DNA from: Octopus vulgaris
Taxonomy: Eukaryota
Assembly: GCA_951406725.2 (NCBI GenBank)
Contig: OX597829.1
Coordinates: forward strand, 28,582,001-28,646,000
DNA length: 64,000 nt
Direction of reading: 5' to 3'
Shown: piece by piece, positions 24,311-38,882 of the stretch
How the letters are laid out: every line of letters begins with the position of its first letter
How positions within the stretch are numbered: position 1 is the first letter of the stretch
Made by a program: the position numbers and the translations under genes
Notes under the pieces: generated by a model
Seen by the model: the letters and a program-made list of their open reading frames with translations, nothing else
Database searches by the model: none
What the model was told of the DNA's origin: nothing

Positions 24311-25892
24311 TGATTAGCAAGTATAGTAATGATGATGGTATCTGATAATTGCCAAAAAAAATGATGCTGATGGCCATTGATGATTTTGCTGCTAACTTCA
24401 AGTAGTGATGTGATAGGAAGTTCCACAGAAAAGTGCACCCTTCTCTCCACCCACCACCCAATCAAAGTATTCATTTAAACAAGATTTCCTCCTCTTCTGC
24501 AAATCTTAAGACCTTTTAACCTTAAAATATAGTGAAACAATAAAAACACACACACACACACACACATACAGATGCATGGATACAGAAATAAGGATACATG
24601 TATGTATACACACGTGTATGTACACATATACGTAAGTACATTTAGTGCACTTGAATACTGTATACAATAAGTTCATTATATACACGTATATATGTGTGTG
24701 TATATTATATGTAAATATCAGAATTTTATCTACATATATCGATATTTTACACACACACACACACTCAATTTATGCAGGTTTGATTTAAAAATCAGATGTG
24801 GATATTTTGTATGCTGTCCCTACACTCAATCCCAACCACAACCACCCCCACCACCTCTCTTTCCACATACACACACTTCACCCAGTGAGGACATCTGGTG
24901 GAGCCCTCCTATATCAGAAAGTGGGGTGTGGGTGGGGGTTAGTGTGGTGTGGGTGGCAGCAGTGGAAGGATGAGGAATCAAAGAAACATAAATGAACTAA
25001 GCATGATAACAGGGTAACATGATATTTCAGATGCCAGACACACCTAAGAGCTAATCTTAAGAATATTGGCAGTGGCAGATTCCCTTAATTTCTGTGGATT
25101 GTGACTTACAGTATAGTGTCGGTGGTGGTGATGGTGGTAGCAGAGGTTGTGGTAGAAGAGAACAGGAGAAAAAAAGAGAGGTGGGGGATTTAATCTACTG
25201 AAACCCCAATCATCACCACCACCCCCACCACCACCACCACCACCACTACTACTACTAACATCACTACCACACTGCTACTCTCAAGTCAGACACACCTGCA
25301 CATCATCACTACCATTATGAGCACCACCACCACCACCACCACTACCATCAACACTAGTATTACTATTACACATAGGCACCATCAAGAGTGCTGCTGCTGC
25401 TACTACTACTATTACTACCACCACCACCACCACCTCTACAATTAATATCATAGACACACACACATACAGCCATCACTATTGCCATCACATACATACAAAT
25501 ACACAATACCACTACCATTGCTACTGAGCCAGCAATACCACACACATACACACCTGTACTACCACAAAGACTACACTTACACATACACAATTTAACACCC
25601 ACTCATTCGCTCACATTGACTGGCATCAATGAACATGAAATGAACATAGTGAAGATGAGCAGGACTTAGCAGGAATGGTAAGTTAACAAATCAATGAGAT
25701 GAAAGCAGTAAGGGTGATTATGATTATGGTGGCTGTGGTAGTGATAGTGGTATGTGAGATGTATGATCTTTTATCTTTCTATCTTTTACTTGCTTCAGTC
25801 ATTAGATTGCAGCTAAGCTGGGGCACCACCACCCTGCAGGGCTTTATTGAAACAAATCAACTCTAGTGCTTTTTTTAAATTTTTTTTATTTA

Positions 25893-26094
25893 CTTACTCT
25901 TTTACTTGTTTCAGTCATTTGACTGTGGCCATGCTGGAGCACCGCCCTTAGTCGAGCACATCGACCGCAAAACTTATTCTTTGTAAGTCTAGTACTTAAT
26001 CTATCAGTCTTTTTTTGCCGAACCGCTAAGTTACGGGAACGTAAACACACCAGCTTTGGTTGTCAAGCAATATTGGGGGGACAAACACAGACAC

Positions 26095-26145
<51 letters not shown>

Positions 26146-26309
26146 GGACGGGCTTCTTTCAGTTTCCATCTACCAAATCTACTCACAAGGCTTTGCTCGG
26201 TCCGAGGCTATAGTAGAAGACACTTGCCCAAGGTGCCATGCAGTGGGACTGAATCCGGAACCATGTGGTTTGTAAGCAAGCTACTTACCACACAGCCACT
26301 CCTACGCCT
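25893..26309 (-). mobile_element. SINE family A, near-intact
   Basis: Reverse complement of the 13414-13822 structure. Confidence 0.9.
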
Positions 26310-27907
26310 ATAAACTTTACTGTTTTTTTTTTTGTTTTTGTTTTTTGTAAGCCTGATACTTATTTTATTGCTCTTTTTTGCTGAACAGCAAAGTTATGGG
26401 AACTTTATGGGAACCAAGGTGGGGGACAAACAAACAAACACACACATACACTCACACATTATTTTATTATAGCTGAAAAAGGCTTCACAAACTGTTTACT
26501 CAGTTTCACATGACCATTTGTCAGACAGTTGTGATGATACAATATATATAAATATATTATCATCATCCTTTAACGTCCGTTTTCCATGCTAGCATGGGTT
26601 GGACGATTTGACTGAGGACTGGCGAACCAGATGGCTATATATATATATATATGCATAAGGATAAGATCGTTACTTTAAATATCGATCTTATCAAGTGGCC
26701 AGCATGGGAATTACCTTCAAAGGTAATAATTATTATTAAAATTATAATTTTTTTGTTAGTTTATTTTGTCTTCTCTCCTGGTGCTGTATGAAAATTTAAT
26801 GTGGTTTTAGAGCCAGGTTTTGGCTGCTATTTCCAGTGTGGCAGGATCTCTTAGATACTCTAAATTATAATTTTAATATATATATATATATATACTATTA
26901 TAAGGATTTATGAAATTTGATGTGAAATAATTTTCTTGTGGAACAGTGGATCTTGAAGCAGGTATAGCTATAAATAGCATACAAATACTGGATTTAAAAA
27001 AAACCATTGGATAGTGAGAAAGTCAAAGGCTCCGCTATTATCATATATTCTTTTTTTTTCTTTTTACTTGCTTCAGTCATTTGACTACAGCCATACTGGA
27101 GTAACCCTAAAGGGTTTTAGTTGAACAAACTGAACACAGAACTCGCTAAGTTATGGGGACATAAGCACACCAACAGCAGTTGTCAAGTGGTGATGGGGGA
27201 ATAAAACACATACAAAGACATGCACACACAGATATATATATATATATATATATATATATGACAGGCTTCTTTCAGTTTCCATCTACTAAATCCACTCACA
27301 AGACTTTGGTTGGCCTGAGGTTATAGAAGAAAACACTCGCCACACACAATACCACCAACATTACTACTGAGACATCAATACCATACACATACATATATAT
27401 GATGGTAATGGAACTGGATATGATAGTGAAGGTGGTGGTGGTGGTAGTGCACCTACTACTGTGGTATGATGGTACAGAGCCTATGTGAGGTGTGAAGTAA
27501 CAGTGGTTGATTGGGAGGATCAGTATCTGAACTACAATAAATCATATATATATATATATATATGAAAATAAGCTAAAAAAGATATCCAGAGGTAATGCAG
27601 TATGATCGTTCCATGCAACTCCATTTAATTGAACAATACAATCATTACATCAATTTAAAATGCAGAGCAATCTTCAGCTGCACAAAGACATAGAATTTAA
27701 TTAAATTAGAACAGATGGACACATTAGTATAATTATACCTAAAATCTCCAAGAAGTTAAGGAGATAGACAAAGAACATGCTGTTCTTACTTCAGCATAGA
27801 AGTTACTAAGCTTTTCAAGAAGGTAAACATTGTTACAGACTCTGCTTGTCACTGATTATATATATATATACACACACACACACATAGGATATATATATAG
27901 GGGACAC

Positions 27908-27938
<31 letters not shown>

Positions 27939-30218
27939 TATCATTCTCATAATTTAACACCTACTTTTCAACAGAGCTTATCTAAGGAAGAATTTTAAGA
28001 ACAGATGCTCTTCCTGTTGTCAACCCTCACCTGTTTCCAAGTCATGTAATATTTCTCCTTGGCCAGACATGTTCTTGCAGAGTATTCAAAATGGATGATA
28101 CTGTGTCTATGACAGTGGCACTCATCCATGTAGGTGTGGAATTGTGGTTTTAAGAAGTCTACTTCCCAACCAGATGGTTATATGGTCAGTCCATTTGTAC
28201 GGCATCTTGGGTGAGTGTCTTCTACAATAGCCCCAGACTGACCAAAGACTTGTGATTAGATATGGTAGGGAAACTCAAAGGAGTTCATCACATATATACA
28301 CATACATGGAAATATAACAAGATTTACATGGGACTTTTTGAAAATATTGAGTTCTATAGGAGACAATAGAGTAGTGGAGAGAGAGAGAGAGAGAGAGAGT
28401 ACTGAAATAATTGAAGAAATAAAGTTGGATTATAGGTGAGGAGAAGCAGAATGGAAAGCAGAGAGAGAATAAAAGTAAAGAATTCTCAGTTTTCCTTGAA
28501 TTATGGAAATTTTATAGTTTGTACCATTGGTAAAAGGAAAAGGAAAGTGCCGGAGAGAAGGAAGACTGAATTAGGGTAGTTGCTAGCTGGAAGGAAAGCG
28601 GGAAGACTGGATTAAGCTTTTTGTTATCCAGACAGAGATGGGGGACTGGATAAAGTTTCTTGTTATCTGGATAGAAAGGAGGAGGACTGGATAAAGATTT
28701 CTCTTTACTTTATGAACTAAAAAAGGAAAACTCAAGCACTGCAAAAAAATAAATAAATAAATAAATAAAAAATACCAGTATTTCATAAAAGAAAGGTAAT
28801 AATTCTTCTATAAGATAGAAGAGAAGGCAGAGGAGGCACTCTCTCATACCTCTTTTGATAATATATAATACATGTACAAAATTCCCACCCTTTCTTTATG
28901 AGTTATAATTAATGTGCAAATAACCAAGTATACTGAACTACCACCAGGTCATGTAGCAGTTTCAATCTGGCCAGGCGACCTTCTGTACACAACAGCCGAT
29001 CCACCCTTGAGATGAAACTTTTTCTTATAAAAAAAAAAAAAAACTAAAAGAAAAAAACGAATGGAAACATTAGATAATGTATTCTTAGATACATGATTAC
29101 TAGGTGAAGAATAAAAAAAAGAATTACTGTTCTTTGCTGGAATACCTTTGATCATAATTCTGCTAAAACAGGGCTGATATAGGGTAAATAGATCCTATTA
29201 CTTTTGAACATAGGCTTGTTTAATTGATGCTCTTAGAAATAAACAAGATAAAGAAATAATGATGGATATTTTGGCAAGAATTGTTGCAGATATTGTTATA
29301 TATCTGTTACTTGCTTCAGTGGCCATGCTGGTGCACCATCTTGAAAAGTTTAGTCTAAGAAATCAACCCTAGTACCTCATTTTTTAAAAGTCTGGTACTT
29401 ATTCTAACAGTTTCTTTTGCCAAACTTCTATCATAAAGAAGGGTGGGGGGACAAACACAGAGACACATACACACACTCACACAAAATGGGCTTCCATACA
29501 GTTTCTATCTACCAAATACACTCAAAGGGCATTGATCAGCTCAATACTATAGAAGACATTTCCACAAGGCTCCACACAGTTGGACTGAACCCAAAACCAC
29601 ATGGTTGCAAAGCTTCTTAACCAGACAGCCTATATGGTTCAGGCAGCCTATATGTGCTTATATAGTTCAGAAGTTCACTTCAAAACCAGATGGTCTAAGG
29701 TTCTGTTATAGTGAAAATGGTACACTCCTCTCATAACAAAGTGGTATGACACAGCCACTATAAAGTCAGACAGTGAGTTGCTGTGGGAGATGAGTAGTAG
29801 TAGAGTCATTGTATAAGTTCTCAATTGGAGTCAGTGTTAGTTATGTGATGTATACAAGTTTGAGTTACCATCAATAGCACGATAGATGAGTCAAAGATAA
29901 TAAGATGCAGAATACCGCTAGAACATAATAGTGGCGACAAGAATATTACAGTGCTGATGACAACATACAAGTGGATGTGGATCCACATTATAACAGGTTC
30001 GTTTTCACAGAGTAGCACATTGGGCAAGCGTTGTGAATTGTAACTCTTCCAAATTTCTAGTGAGATTATTTTAGTAAATGAAATCATGTCAAAACAGACA
30101 TTGGAGCTTGATACAATCCTCTAGTTCATCAGATCCTGCTAAACACTCCAATCCATGCCAGCATGGAACAAGGGCATTAAACAACAATGATGATGAAACC
30201 TATCCAGAAACCACATCC

Positions 30219-30276
<58 letters not shown>

Positions 30277-30924
30277 ACATGCATGTTGCTCTGTGGTACA
30301 AACATCTTGTTTTCAGGTGTCCTAGATTAAAATTTTCCATGTTATTTTATGATCCAAACACCAATTGATAATAAAAAAGCTGATTTACTAAATTCTTCAT
30401 TATTTTCAAAATTAATTGAGGTAATGACAAAATATCTCAACAAAAATATGGTAACAAATGAGTTGATATTGCCTTTGCCTCACCATGTACTTATTACTCA
30501 TTAGTGTTTTTAATTATTACAATTTTAAATACACACACACACATGCATATGTCACTGTATCAGAGTATTAATTAAACTAACAGATACTGTTATACACTAC
30601 TAGTTAAAATGTGCTTCCTAATATTGTTGTACCTGACTAGGCCAACATTCCCCTTGAATGGAACATCATTCCATCACAGGGTTATCCATTTACAGTGGAA
30701 TACATTGGGCAATATGGAATGAAGTATTTTGCTCAAGAATGCACCACTAGTTTAAGAATCAAAACCACAATCAAAATTCACGAGTGTAACACCCTAAACA
30801 GTAAGCCATGCTTTCACACACACACACAATTGTACACTAACTAACTTTTGGGTTATCTCATTTTTACTTTGGCAAAGTCATAATTTCCTGAAGAGGTTTG
30901 ATAGAGACTGAAACATGTGATACA

Positions 30925-31131
30925 GGGGGCAAGCTGGCAGAATCATTAGCATAGTGGGTGAAATGCTAAGCGGTATTTTGTCTGTCTTTACGTTTGGAGT
31001 TCAAATTCCGCTGAGGTCGACTTTGCCTTTCATCCTTCCGGGGTCGATAAAATTAAGTACCAGTTACGCACTGAGGTCAATCTAATCGACTTGAACCCTT
31101 TGTATGTCCCCTCTATGGCAATAAAGAAATA
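30925..31131 (+). mobile_element. SINE family B with a 16-bp TSD
   Basis: TGAAACATGTGATACA (30909-30924) / TGAAACATGTCATACA (31132-31147). Confidence 0.85.
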
Positions 31132-32144
31132 TGAAACATGTCATACATACTTGCCGAAATGACTAAATAAATATTAGTCATTGAACCAGAGCTGTCTTTT
31201 TTTTTCCACATTGCATAACTATTATTTTCTATTAGCTCCCTTGTCACTGATCTCTACATTAAAAATATGTTAATGTTAACTAAAGTAACATAAGCACATT
31301 AGTTCAAAGCAACAACAAAGTACATTAGTTTCTTAACCAGAGATATCATCAGCTGATGAATGCATCACCCTGTTACACATCAATGTTGCATTTTAGTCAA
31401 CACTCAACTTGTCAGTTTGAAGGAGAACCATAGTAATGGATCAGATGGTCAACATCCCCTCTGCTCTCCACTAAGGGTTAACTTCTTAAATTTCAGATTA
31501 CTCAGTCAAATGCAAAGCTTATCTATTCACATTATTTTGAACTAATCATGCATTATTTCATGGTTTTGAGATTTCAGTCATGTGATTGTTTATTTTTACA
31601 ATGACATTGTAGGGTAGGTGTGAGAGGTTGGAACTGGTTAGTTCGAGAAAAAAAATAAAGGTAGATTATACAGGCTGGATATAGCTAGTTTGAATGTTAG
31701 AGGGTTAAGCTACATCTGAAGAGGATTCAATAATTTACTTTGGCTCAACATCAGTAACACACCCTAACCCCATTTTATTTTTATTTTCTTTCATTTCTCA
31801 CTCCTTCTCTCTCTCTCTCTCTCTCTCATTCTCTTCCCCCTTCCTTCCCCTAATTCTCTCTCTGTTTCTCACTTTCTTTTTCTCTGTACACATGCGAAAA
31901 GTAATTTCACCATTGCAAAGTTCAACAAGTACAAATATAGGCTGGAGCAGGTGGGGAGAGAAATTTGTTAGACCCAGATAGAGTGTATGTGTGTGTTATC
32001 AGCACCTGCCCATATATACAGTTTCTGTGAACTTACCACCTTTATATAATTAAACACACGCACATATATATATATACATATATATATGTACACACACACA
32101 CACACACACATATATGTATGGTTTGTACATGTATGTGTGTATGC

Positions 32145-32179
<35 letters not shown>

Positions 32180-32180
<1 letters not shown>

Positions 32181-32563
32181 TCTTTCTCTTTATTTGTTTC
32201 AGTCATTTGACTGTGGCCATGCTGGAGCGCCGCCTTTAGTCAAATAAATCTACCCCAGGACTCATTCTTCGAAAGCTTAGTACTTATGTTATCGGTTTCT
32301 TTTGCCGAACTGCTAAGTTAAGGAACATAAATACACCAGCATCGATTGTCAGGTGATGCTGGGATGAGAAACACAGACACACAAACATATACATATATAC
32401 GACAGGCTTCTTTCAGTTTCCGTCTACTAAATCCACTCACAAGGCTTTGGTTGGTCCAAGGCTATAGTTGAAGACACTTGCCCGAGGTGCCACAAAGTGG
32501 GAATGAACCCAGAACCATGTGGTTGGTAAGCAAGCTACTTACCACACAACCACTCCTATGCCT
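32180..32563 (-). mobile_element. SINE family A
   Basis: Full-length similarity to other family A copies; flanked by (TA)n. Confidence 0.9.
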
Positions 32564-32671
32564 ATATATATATGCATATATACATATGTTTATGTACATA
32601 TAATATATATGTTGATTCGCTAGCCTCTGCACGCATTTTTTTTCTTTCTTTCTGTGTTTCTTCTCTGTGTA

Positions 32672-32709
32672 TCTTTCTGTTGAAGAGCGTAGGCTCGAAA
32701 TGTTAAAGA
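32672..32709 (+). ncRNA. Minimal type I hammerhead-like motif in a (TA)n-flanked module (~32611-32838)
   Basis: TCTTT-CTGTTGA-A-GAGC-GTAG-GCTC-GAAA-TGTT-AAAGA; stems I and II pair perfectly; the core has A6U. Confidence 0.6.
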
Positions 32710-32850
32710 CTTGTTTTATTTATATTTCCTGAGCGCCATACTAATACAATTGTTTGTTTGTATTCCACCTGCCTTCGTCTTTTGTTTATTTCCGTAAACC
32801 TGCCTTCGTCTTTTGTTTATTTTCATAAAGCTTCCCGTTATATATATGTA

Positions 32851-33213
32851 TCTCTCTCTATATAAACGGCAGTTTGTCTATGTGTGTCTGTTTGGTTGTA
32901 CCCTCACCCTGACCACGGCTTTCAACCGATTCTGATGAAACTTGACACACACATAGCCCAATGTCATAATTCAAAACTAACGCAGCGAAAATTTTGAAAA
33001 GTTCCCCCAGTTCTGAAAAAAATCGATAAATTCGACATGGGGTCGAGAATCAGAAACACAAACCACAAACTGTCTAGGGGACGCAACTCGACCTTTTTTA
33101 ACTAAAAAAAAAAATTACCATCATTTTTTCCCCATTTTTTTGCTATAACTCTCTAAAAATGCTTTATAGTTATTTCCCTTACAAACCTGAGCAATGCCGG
33201 GCGATACTGCTAG
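32851..33213 (+). mobile_element. Non-autonomous Helitron-like element with a different 5' half
   Basis: A|TC 5' end and ...CCGGGCGATACTGCTAG|T 3' end; 3' ~70 bp shared with the 20826 and 45061 copies. Confidence 0.75.
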
Positions 33214-33711
33214 TATATATATATATATATATGCATATGTGGACACAGGACATCATGAAACATATACAACAAAAATGTATGAAGCACAAGTATATGGAAC
33301 ATGAACTATTCTTTCAAACAACGAAAGACACAAATGGAAAACAAAACAAACAACATAAAAAACGACCTTCTATATATGCCAGAGCTGAGCGCAATAAAAT
33401 TTAAAAAAACCTTGTTTAGTAAATCTAGTAGTAAAACATGATAGCTGTTGCATGACTGGAGCTGATACAGCTGCACTTGGTTCAATGTAGTGGCCTGATG
33501 GATCACAATGGTGAAAGCAAATAACTGGCAAATTCTCTGGTAGAATCCAATGATGCTTAGCATTGCTTGAAGGAATGACACTGTCAATACAATCAGAAGG
33601 TGCTGAAATCACAGTGACCTCAAGTTGAGAGCTGATGGAAGGAGGGTCGTGCAGTGGAAGCTATGTGCAAAATAATGAATATCATATGATACAATATGTA
33701 TATACACATAC

Positions 33712-33749
<38 letters not shown>

Positions 33750-36509
33750 GTATATATATATCCCTCTCTCTCAGAGAGGCACAAACACCTACACACATGG
33801 CAGTAACTTCCACCTACCAAATTCAATCACAAAGCTTTGTTGGCCTGGGGCTATAGTATAAGACATTTGCCCAAAGTGCCATGTAGCTGGGAAGCAAGCT
33901 TCCTAACCACACAGCCATACACACGCCTGATTGTGTGTGTGTGTGTATACATGTATGAGTGTTTGAGTAGGTGTTTGTGTGTATCGTTGCCTAGCAATCA
34001 CGTGATGATTGTAAATGAGCATCACCGTTATACAAATGAGGTTGTTCATTTCCAATTTTCTATGAAAAAAAAAACATGTTTGGTAACGGAGAAAATATCA
34101 CCATGCTCAGAAACAGTTAAGAGTTAGTGACAGGAAGGGCATCCAGCTGTAGAAAATCTGCTTAGAGAACTTCTCATGCAAGCGTGAAAAATGGATATTA
34201 AATGATAATGATGATGACTATGATAATGACATGTACTTACATTATACACATATGTCCCCTGTTTCTATCCCCTTTTTTTAAACACACTGCCTGGAGCAAG
34301 TGTGATGCCAATATTGAGCAGCGAGAATCCTTTTGTCTTGTGGTATACAAGTTAAAGGCTTCAATGCTAGTATGGCTTTCAAGTATGTACTCAACACACA
34401 CACTGTAATGAGGTTATGGAATGGCAGAGAAAATATAGAATGGAGAGAAGCTCTGAGAGTCCCTTGTTGGGGGAAGACATGACAATATTTCTAAGGGCTG
34501 GTTCCATACAATCACCCAACACCTTCTGTAAAGAAGTTGGTATTAGGAAGGGCATAAAACTGTAAAAACTACGTGAAAATGAGATGCATGAGCAACTTAT
34601 GGACCTGTCACTTGTCTAGGAAGCTTACCTATGAAGGCAGTAACTGTGGTATGTATGCATATGTGTGTTCATACATATGAATCCAGCCTTACTTTCAATA
34701 CCAGATTCATTTTTTTTTTCACTTTTCATTCTATCTTTTCATCTCTCCACTTTCTGTTTCCGGTCCTTTCAGACATTTTCTATTTCAATACTTATACATG
34801 TCTTGTCTTAAGAGACCCACAGCCTTTATTCTGTTTGTATATTTCGTTTTGTTTGTATATTTACATTTATATTCACACCCACTACCTATGTTATATTTGT
34901 TTTCACCACTATCCTCAATGTTTGTTCATCATTCCCTTCAGCTTCTTTTTGTTGTTGACACCACCAAAAATGAACAATATTGTTGTTAAAAGCAACTGTT
35001 ATGAACTTTTGGACAATAACTGGCAAGGAAATAGCATATCCATATCTTGTGTGTGAAAAAATACCAAAGCAGGCATTGAAGCATGATGCAATCCTTGGGC
35101 CCATTGGATCCTGTTACACTCTCCAACCAATGGAACAGAGATGTTAAATGATGCTGATGATGAAGTGGAAGTCTGTTTTAACCAGTGTGCGAGTGTGTAT
35201 TAGTTAAGACCCTGGGCAACTCAGAAATAAAATATCAGGTTATTATGACTCCTACAGCACTTATAAGGTGTCCTTTGCACAGGATACCAGTCTGTTGCAA
35301 GATTAAACCTAGATGCAGCAGCTGGCATTAATTTCAGCTGTGTGAACTGGAGCTGACATGAATTGAGGTGTCTTATTCAAGGACACAGTACACAGCTCAG
35401 TCTGTTCTGGTCTTCAAATGCATAATCTTATGATTGTGAGCCCCTACACTTAATACCTGGGTCACATATCTCCACTAAACTAGCATAATCACAACAATGC
35501 ATCAAATCTTACACAAACCTCAAGATACAAGACACACAACGACATATGTAATATCATTAATCAAAATTTCTGCGCTTGGATGCAAATACATCTATATTGT
35601 ATCAAGTCCACCCACCTATCATTGGATCAGTGTAAACATTGACTTCATAAACTACTAGCAGAGATATTCAGTGTTGACCATATGAAATGTAATTGAAGAA
35701 TTAGACTTTTCTTTTATATTTCCTCTAATGAACTGGAATATCTATGATTTGAATTTCATAAAAATTGGAGATTAGGAATTTTAATGAGGATTCTTTCCAT
35801 CTTTACACATCCTAACAAAAATTTTAATCATGATATATTTACCCCATACTACTCATCTTTATGCCCAGATTCCAAAATCCAAATCTTATAAAACCTATTC
35901 AAAGGTTTTTACTCCTGAAAAATGGAGCTCTAAAATAGGGGGGAGGTTCTTAAAGTCAACTGGATAAGTTGAATCATTGGGAATCTTTTTAACTTGTGTC
36001 TTATATCTATTGTTCAAATTTCTTTGAAATTGGAAATATATGAATGAAGCTAGGAGAAACCAAAACATGAATGATCACAATAAGCAGTCAGCTACCCTAC
36101 CCTAGTCATTACCACTCCTCAATGTAGGATTCCTCACTATACAGGTGACAGGCACAGCCATAAGATGCATTACAGATCTATAGCAATTGTGTGACATGAG
36201 AGCTAAGGGGAAATGAAAGTGTCACTTTTGGAGTTTGCCAATGATCACTTTGCTGATGGCTAACTGAACAGAATAAATTTGCAATCTATAAATGCTTTTG
36301 AATGACCAATCACTTATCTGGAAAGGCCTTCAAATCAATGTTACCATCTGTGACCCAGTAATAATGAAAAGACTCAAAGGAATTCTATGAAACATACAGC
36401 ATTACTCTTCTCCCTAGGTTTGGATTCTGTGTTCCAAATTACATTAGGATTGGTTTAGTAGTTTTTGAGTCTATAAGTAACACACACACACACACACACA
36501 CATATATGC

Positions 36510-36709
36510 GAGTTAATAGTTTCAGTATTAACAGTGAAACTTTTAAACTGAAAGTATCTCACATTTGAAAAAATGTTTTGGCCCATGACAATTCATGGAC
36601 CCTAAGTAAGGTATGTGTAAAATTTGAATGAAATCGGTTGGGTAGTTCTCGAGTTTTAGGGATTCACACAGTCAGACAGACTTACATTCTCAGTTTTATA
36701 TATTAAGAT
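36510..36709 (-). mobile_element. Helitron-like 5' fragment
   Basis: Ends ...CAGACAGAC..CAGTTTTATATATTAAGAT, like the Helitron termini near 21335 and 45696. Confidence 0.5.
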
Positions 36710-37114
36710 AACTATTATACAGCACATGCACATGTGTATGTGCATGTATTTTAGACTTTTGCTACTGTTCTAATTGCTACAATACACTACATACATCAAA
36801 CCTTTATTTCATGAAAGTGTGATTCCCAACCAGAAAGGAAACACCACAAGACCAAAGATAATTCACTCAGGAATTGATTTTGATTCTGAGGTAGGACTTG
36901 ACACACCCACATGTTCTTCTGATCATCAACTCAATGCTTTTTTTTTTTTTTTTAATGAAAGAATTTCCTATAACCACAGATCTTTGAAAACACAGACCAA
37001 TCAGCAAGAGAAATGTCAACAAGGAATGCAAACATCAGTACCACTTGACTCAAGAACTGACATGCAAAATATCAACATCAATGCGCATGAATAGATGCAC
37101 ATAGGTCCTTCTCC

Positions 37115-37144
37115 CATACATACATACATACATACATACATACA

Positions 37145-37204
<60 letters not shown>

Positions 37205-37288
37205 CATACATACATACATACATACATACATACATACATACATACATACATACATACATACATACATACATACACATACATACATACA

Positions 37289-37342
<54 letters not shown>
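37115..37342. repeat. Compound (TACA)n/(TA)n microsatellite
   Basis: Direct reading. Confidence 0.95.
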
Positions 37343-37346
<4 letters not shown>

Positions 37347-38019
37347 AAAATATAAGGCCTGGGAGAAACACAGTGACAGCACACCTTGCGAGTATGATGA
37401 AGTGCTTCTCTAAAGTCTAAAACTGCAAACATTTCACTTCAAATTTTTTGTGTAAACTGGCATTGCAGGTAAAGTTGGTACAGAAACAATTATGATGAAT
37501 CATTAAAGATGTGTTAAAGAATTTTCTTTGTTTTATTATTATTTGGTATATATATGTATATATAAATATATGGGGTTTCTTGCAGTTTCCGTTTACCAAA
37601 TTCACTCACAAGAACTATGGGTACCAAGCTGTGAACTGTACTCAAAAACCATATGGTTCTTAGCCACACAACCATGCCTAATTCGATCATATATTTTTCT
37701 CACAAACATCCCTCTGGCAGATCAGCCTGGACTTTTAACAAGAAATAAAGGATGTAGCTAATACTCCATATTAAATAAACTGTCACTAGTGAACAGAGAA
37801 GGTTTGGCAAAGTGAAATATGCTGCTTGAGTCCGGTTAGGAACACAGAACCATATTATGAAGAAATAACAAATGATGGAATAAAATGAAGCTATGTATAA
37901 TTCATATCTGCACTAGGTCTAAAACTGTGCCCAGCTTAACACAATCACCTGGTCCTTGTGTACCTTTAGTGAAGTGGTCAATTGAATACACAACATAGTT
38001 TAATACTTGTACTTGTGAC

Positions 38020-38730
38020 GGTGTTCACCCAGGGTGGATTGAGCCAGCTTCTTCTCTGGTCCTGACGGCATCACAAACCATGGAGGCCCACACTTGACTG
38101 TCCTGTGTGAGGTCACTAGAGATAGTGAGCCATTCGCGGTTCCATCTGCACAAACTGACCACCTGCGGACCTGAGAGTTCAGAGAGGTCCTCCTTTATCA
38201 TCGTTGCCCAGGTCTTCAGCTGCCCGTCCGCCCGTGCGTTTGCGCCAGTTGGAAAGTGGAGGTGGGAGGTAGACATCGCAAATCAGCTCACCCTATGGAC
38301 GGCGGGCTGCATGACGATGACTGGCTGTAGTTTAATACCAGTACCTAGTTCTTGGGTGCCTTTAGTGGGATGGTGGATATAACAACATCTTCTGTCCTGA
38401 GATGGGCTTCAGTAGGGTGCTGAGCTGAATACAACAATGTGGTTTCAAATCGCTACTTGGTCTTTGTATGCTCATGGTGGGTTGATAGATGTAATATGCA
38501 ATCACCAGTGCTTGAATACCTTCAGTAAAAGGTGGCAGGTATAATATACCATCATCTAGACCTTGGGTGCTTGTAGCGGTGTAGTAAGCCTTACATTTCA
38601 TTGCAGCATGCTCCTTGGAAGTCCTTACTGAGATGGTAGATCTAACTCCACCCCGACCTCATCTGGTCCTCGAGTACCTTTAATAGAGGTCAATGTATAA
38701 GCACTAGAACTAGAAACTAAATCCCTGGGT
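38020..38730 (-). pseudogene. RTE-like LINE 3' relic
   Basis: ORF 38025-38276 (GQLKTWATMIKEDL...WLTISSDLTQDSQVWASMV) fits the RTE C-terminal 'G....TW...I..DL...W...A.DR..W' pattern. Confidence 0.65.
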
Positions 38731-38849
38731 ACCTACCTACCTACCTACCTACCTACCCGCCTACATTTGTTTATTCTTGCAGATGTTCACACTGGCAATC
38801 AGCCACATCAATATCACCAGTCTAGGGAGAGTTGGTGGTGGTGGTGGTG

Positions 38850-38882
<33 letters not shown>

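Noticed and set aside
36150-36400. Possible RT motif-C relic (VSLLEFAND)
   Set aside because: Too degenerate to call from one motif.
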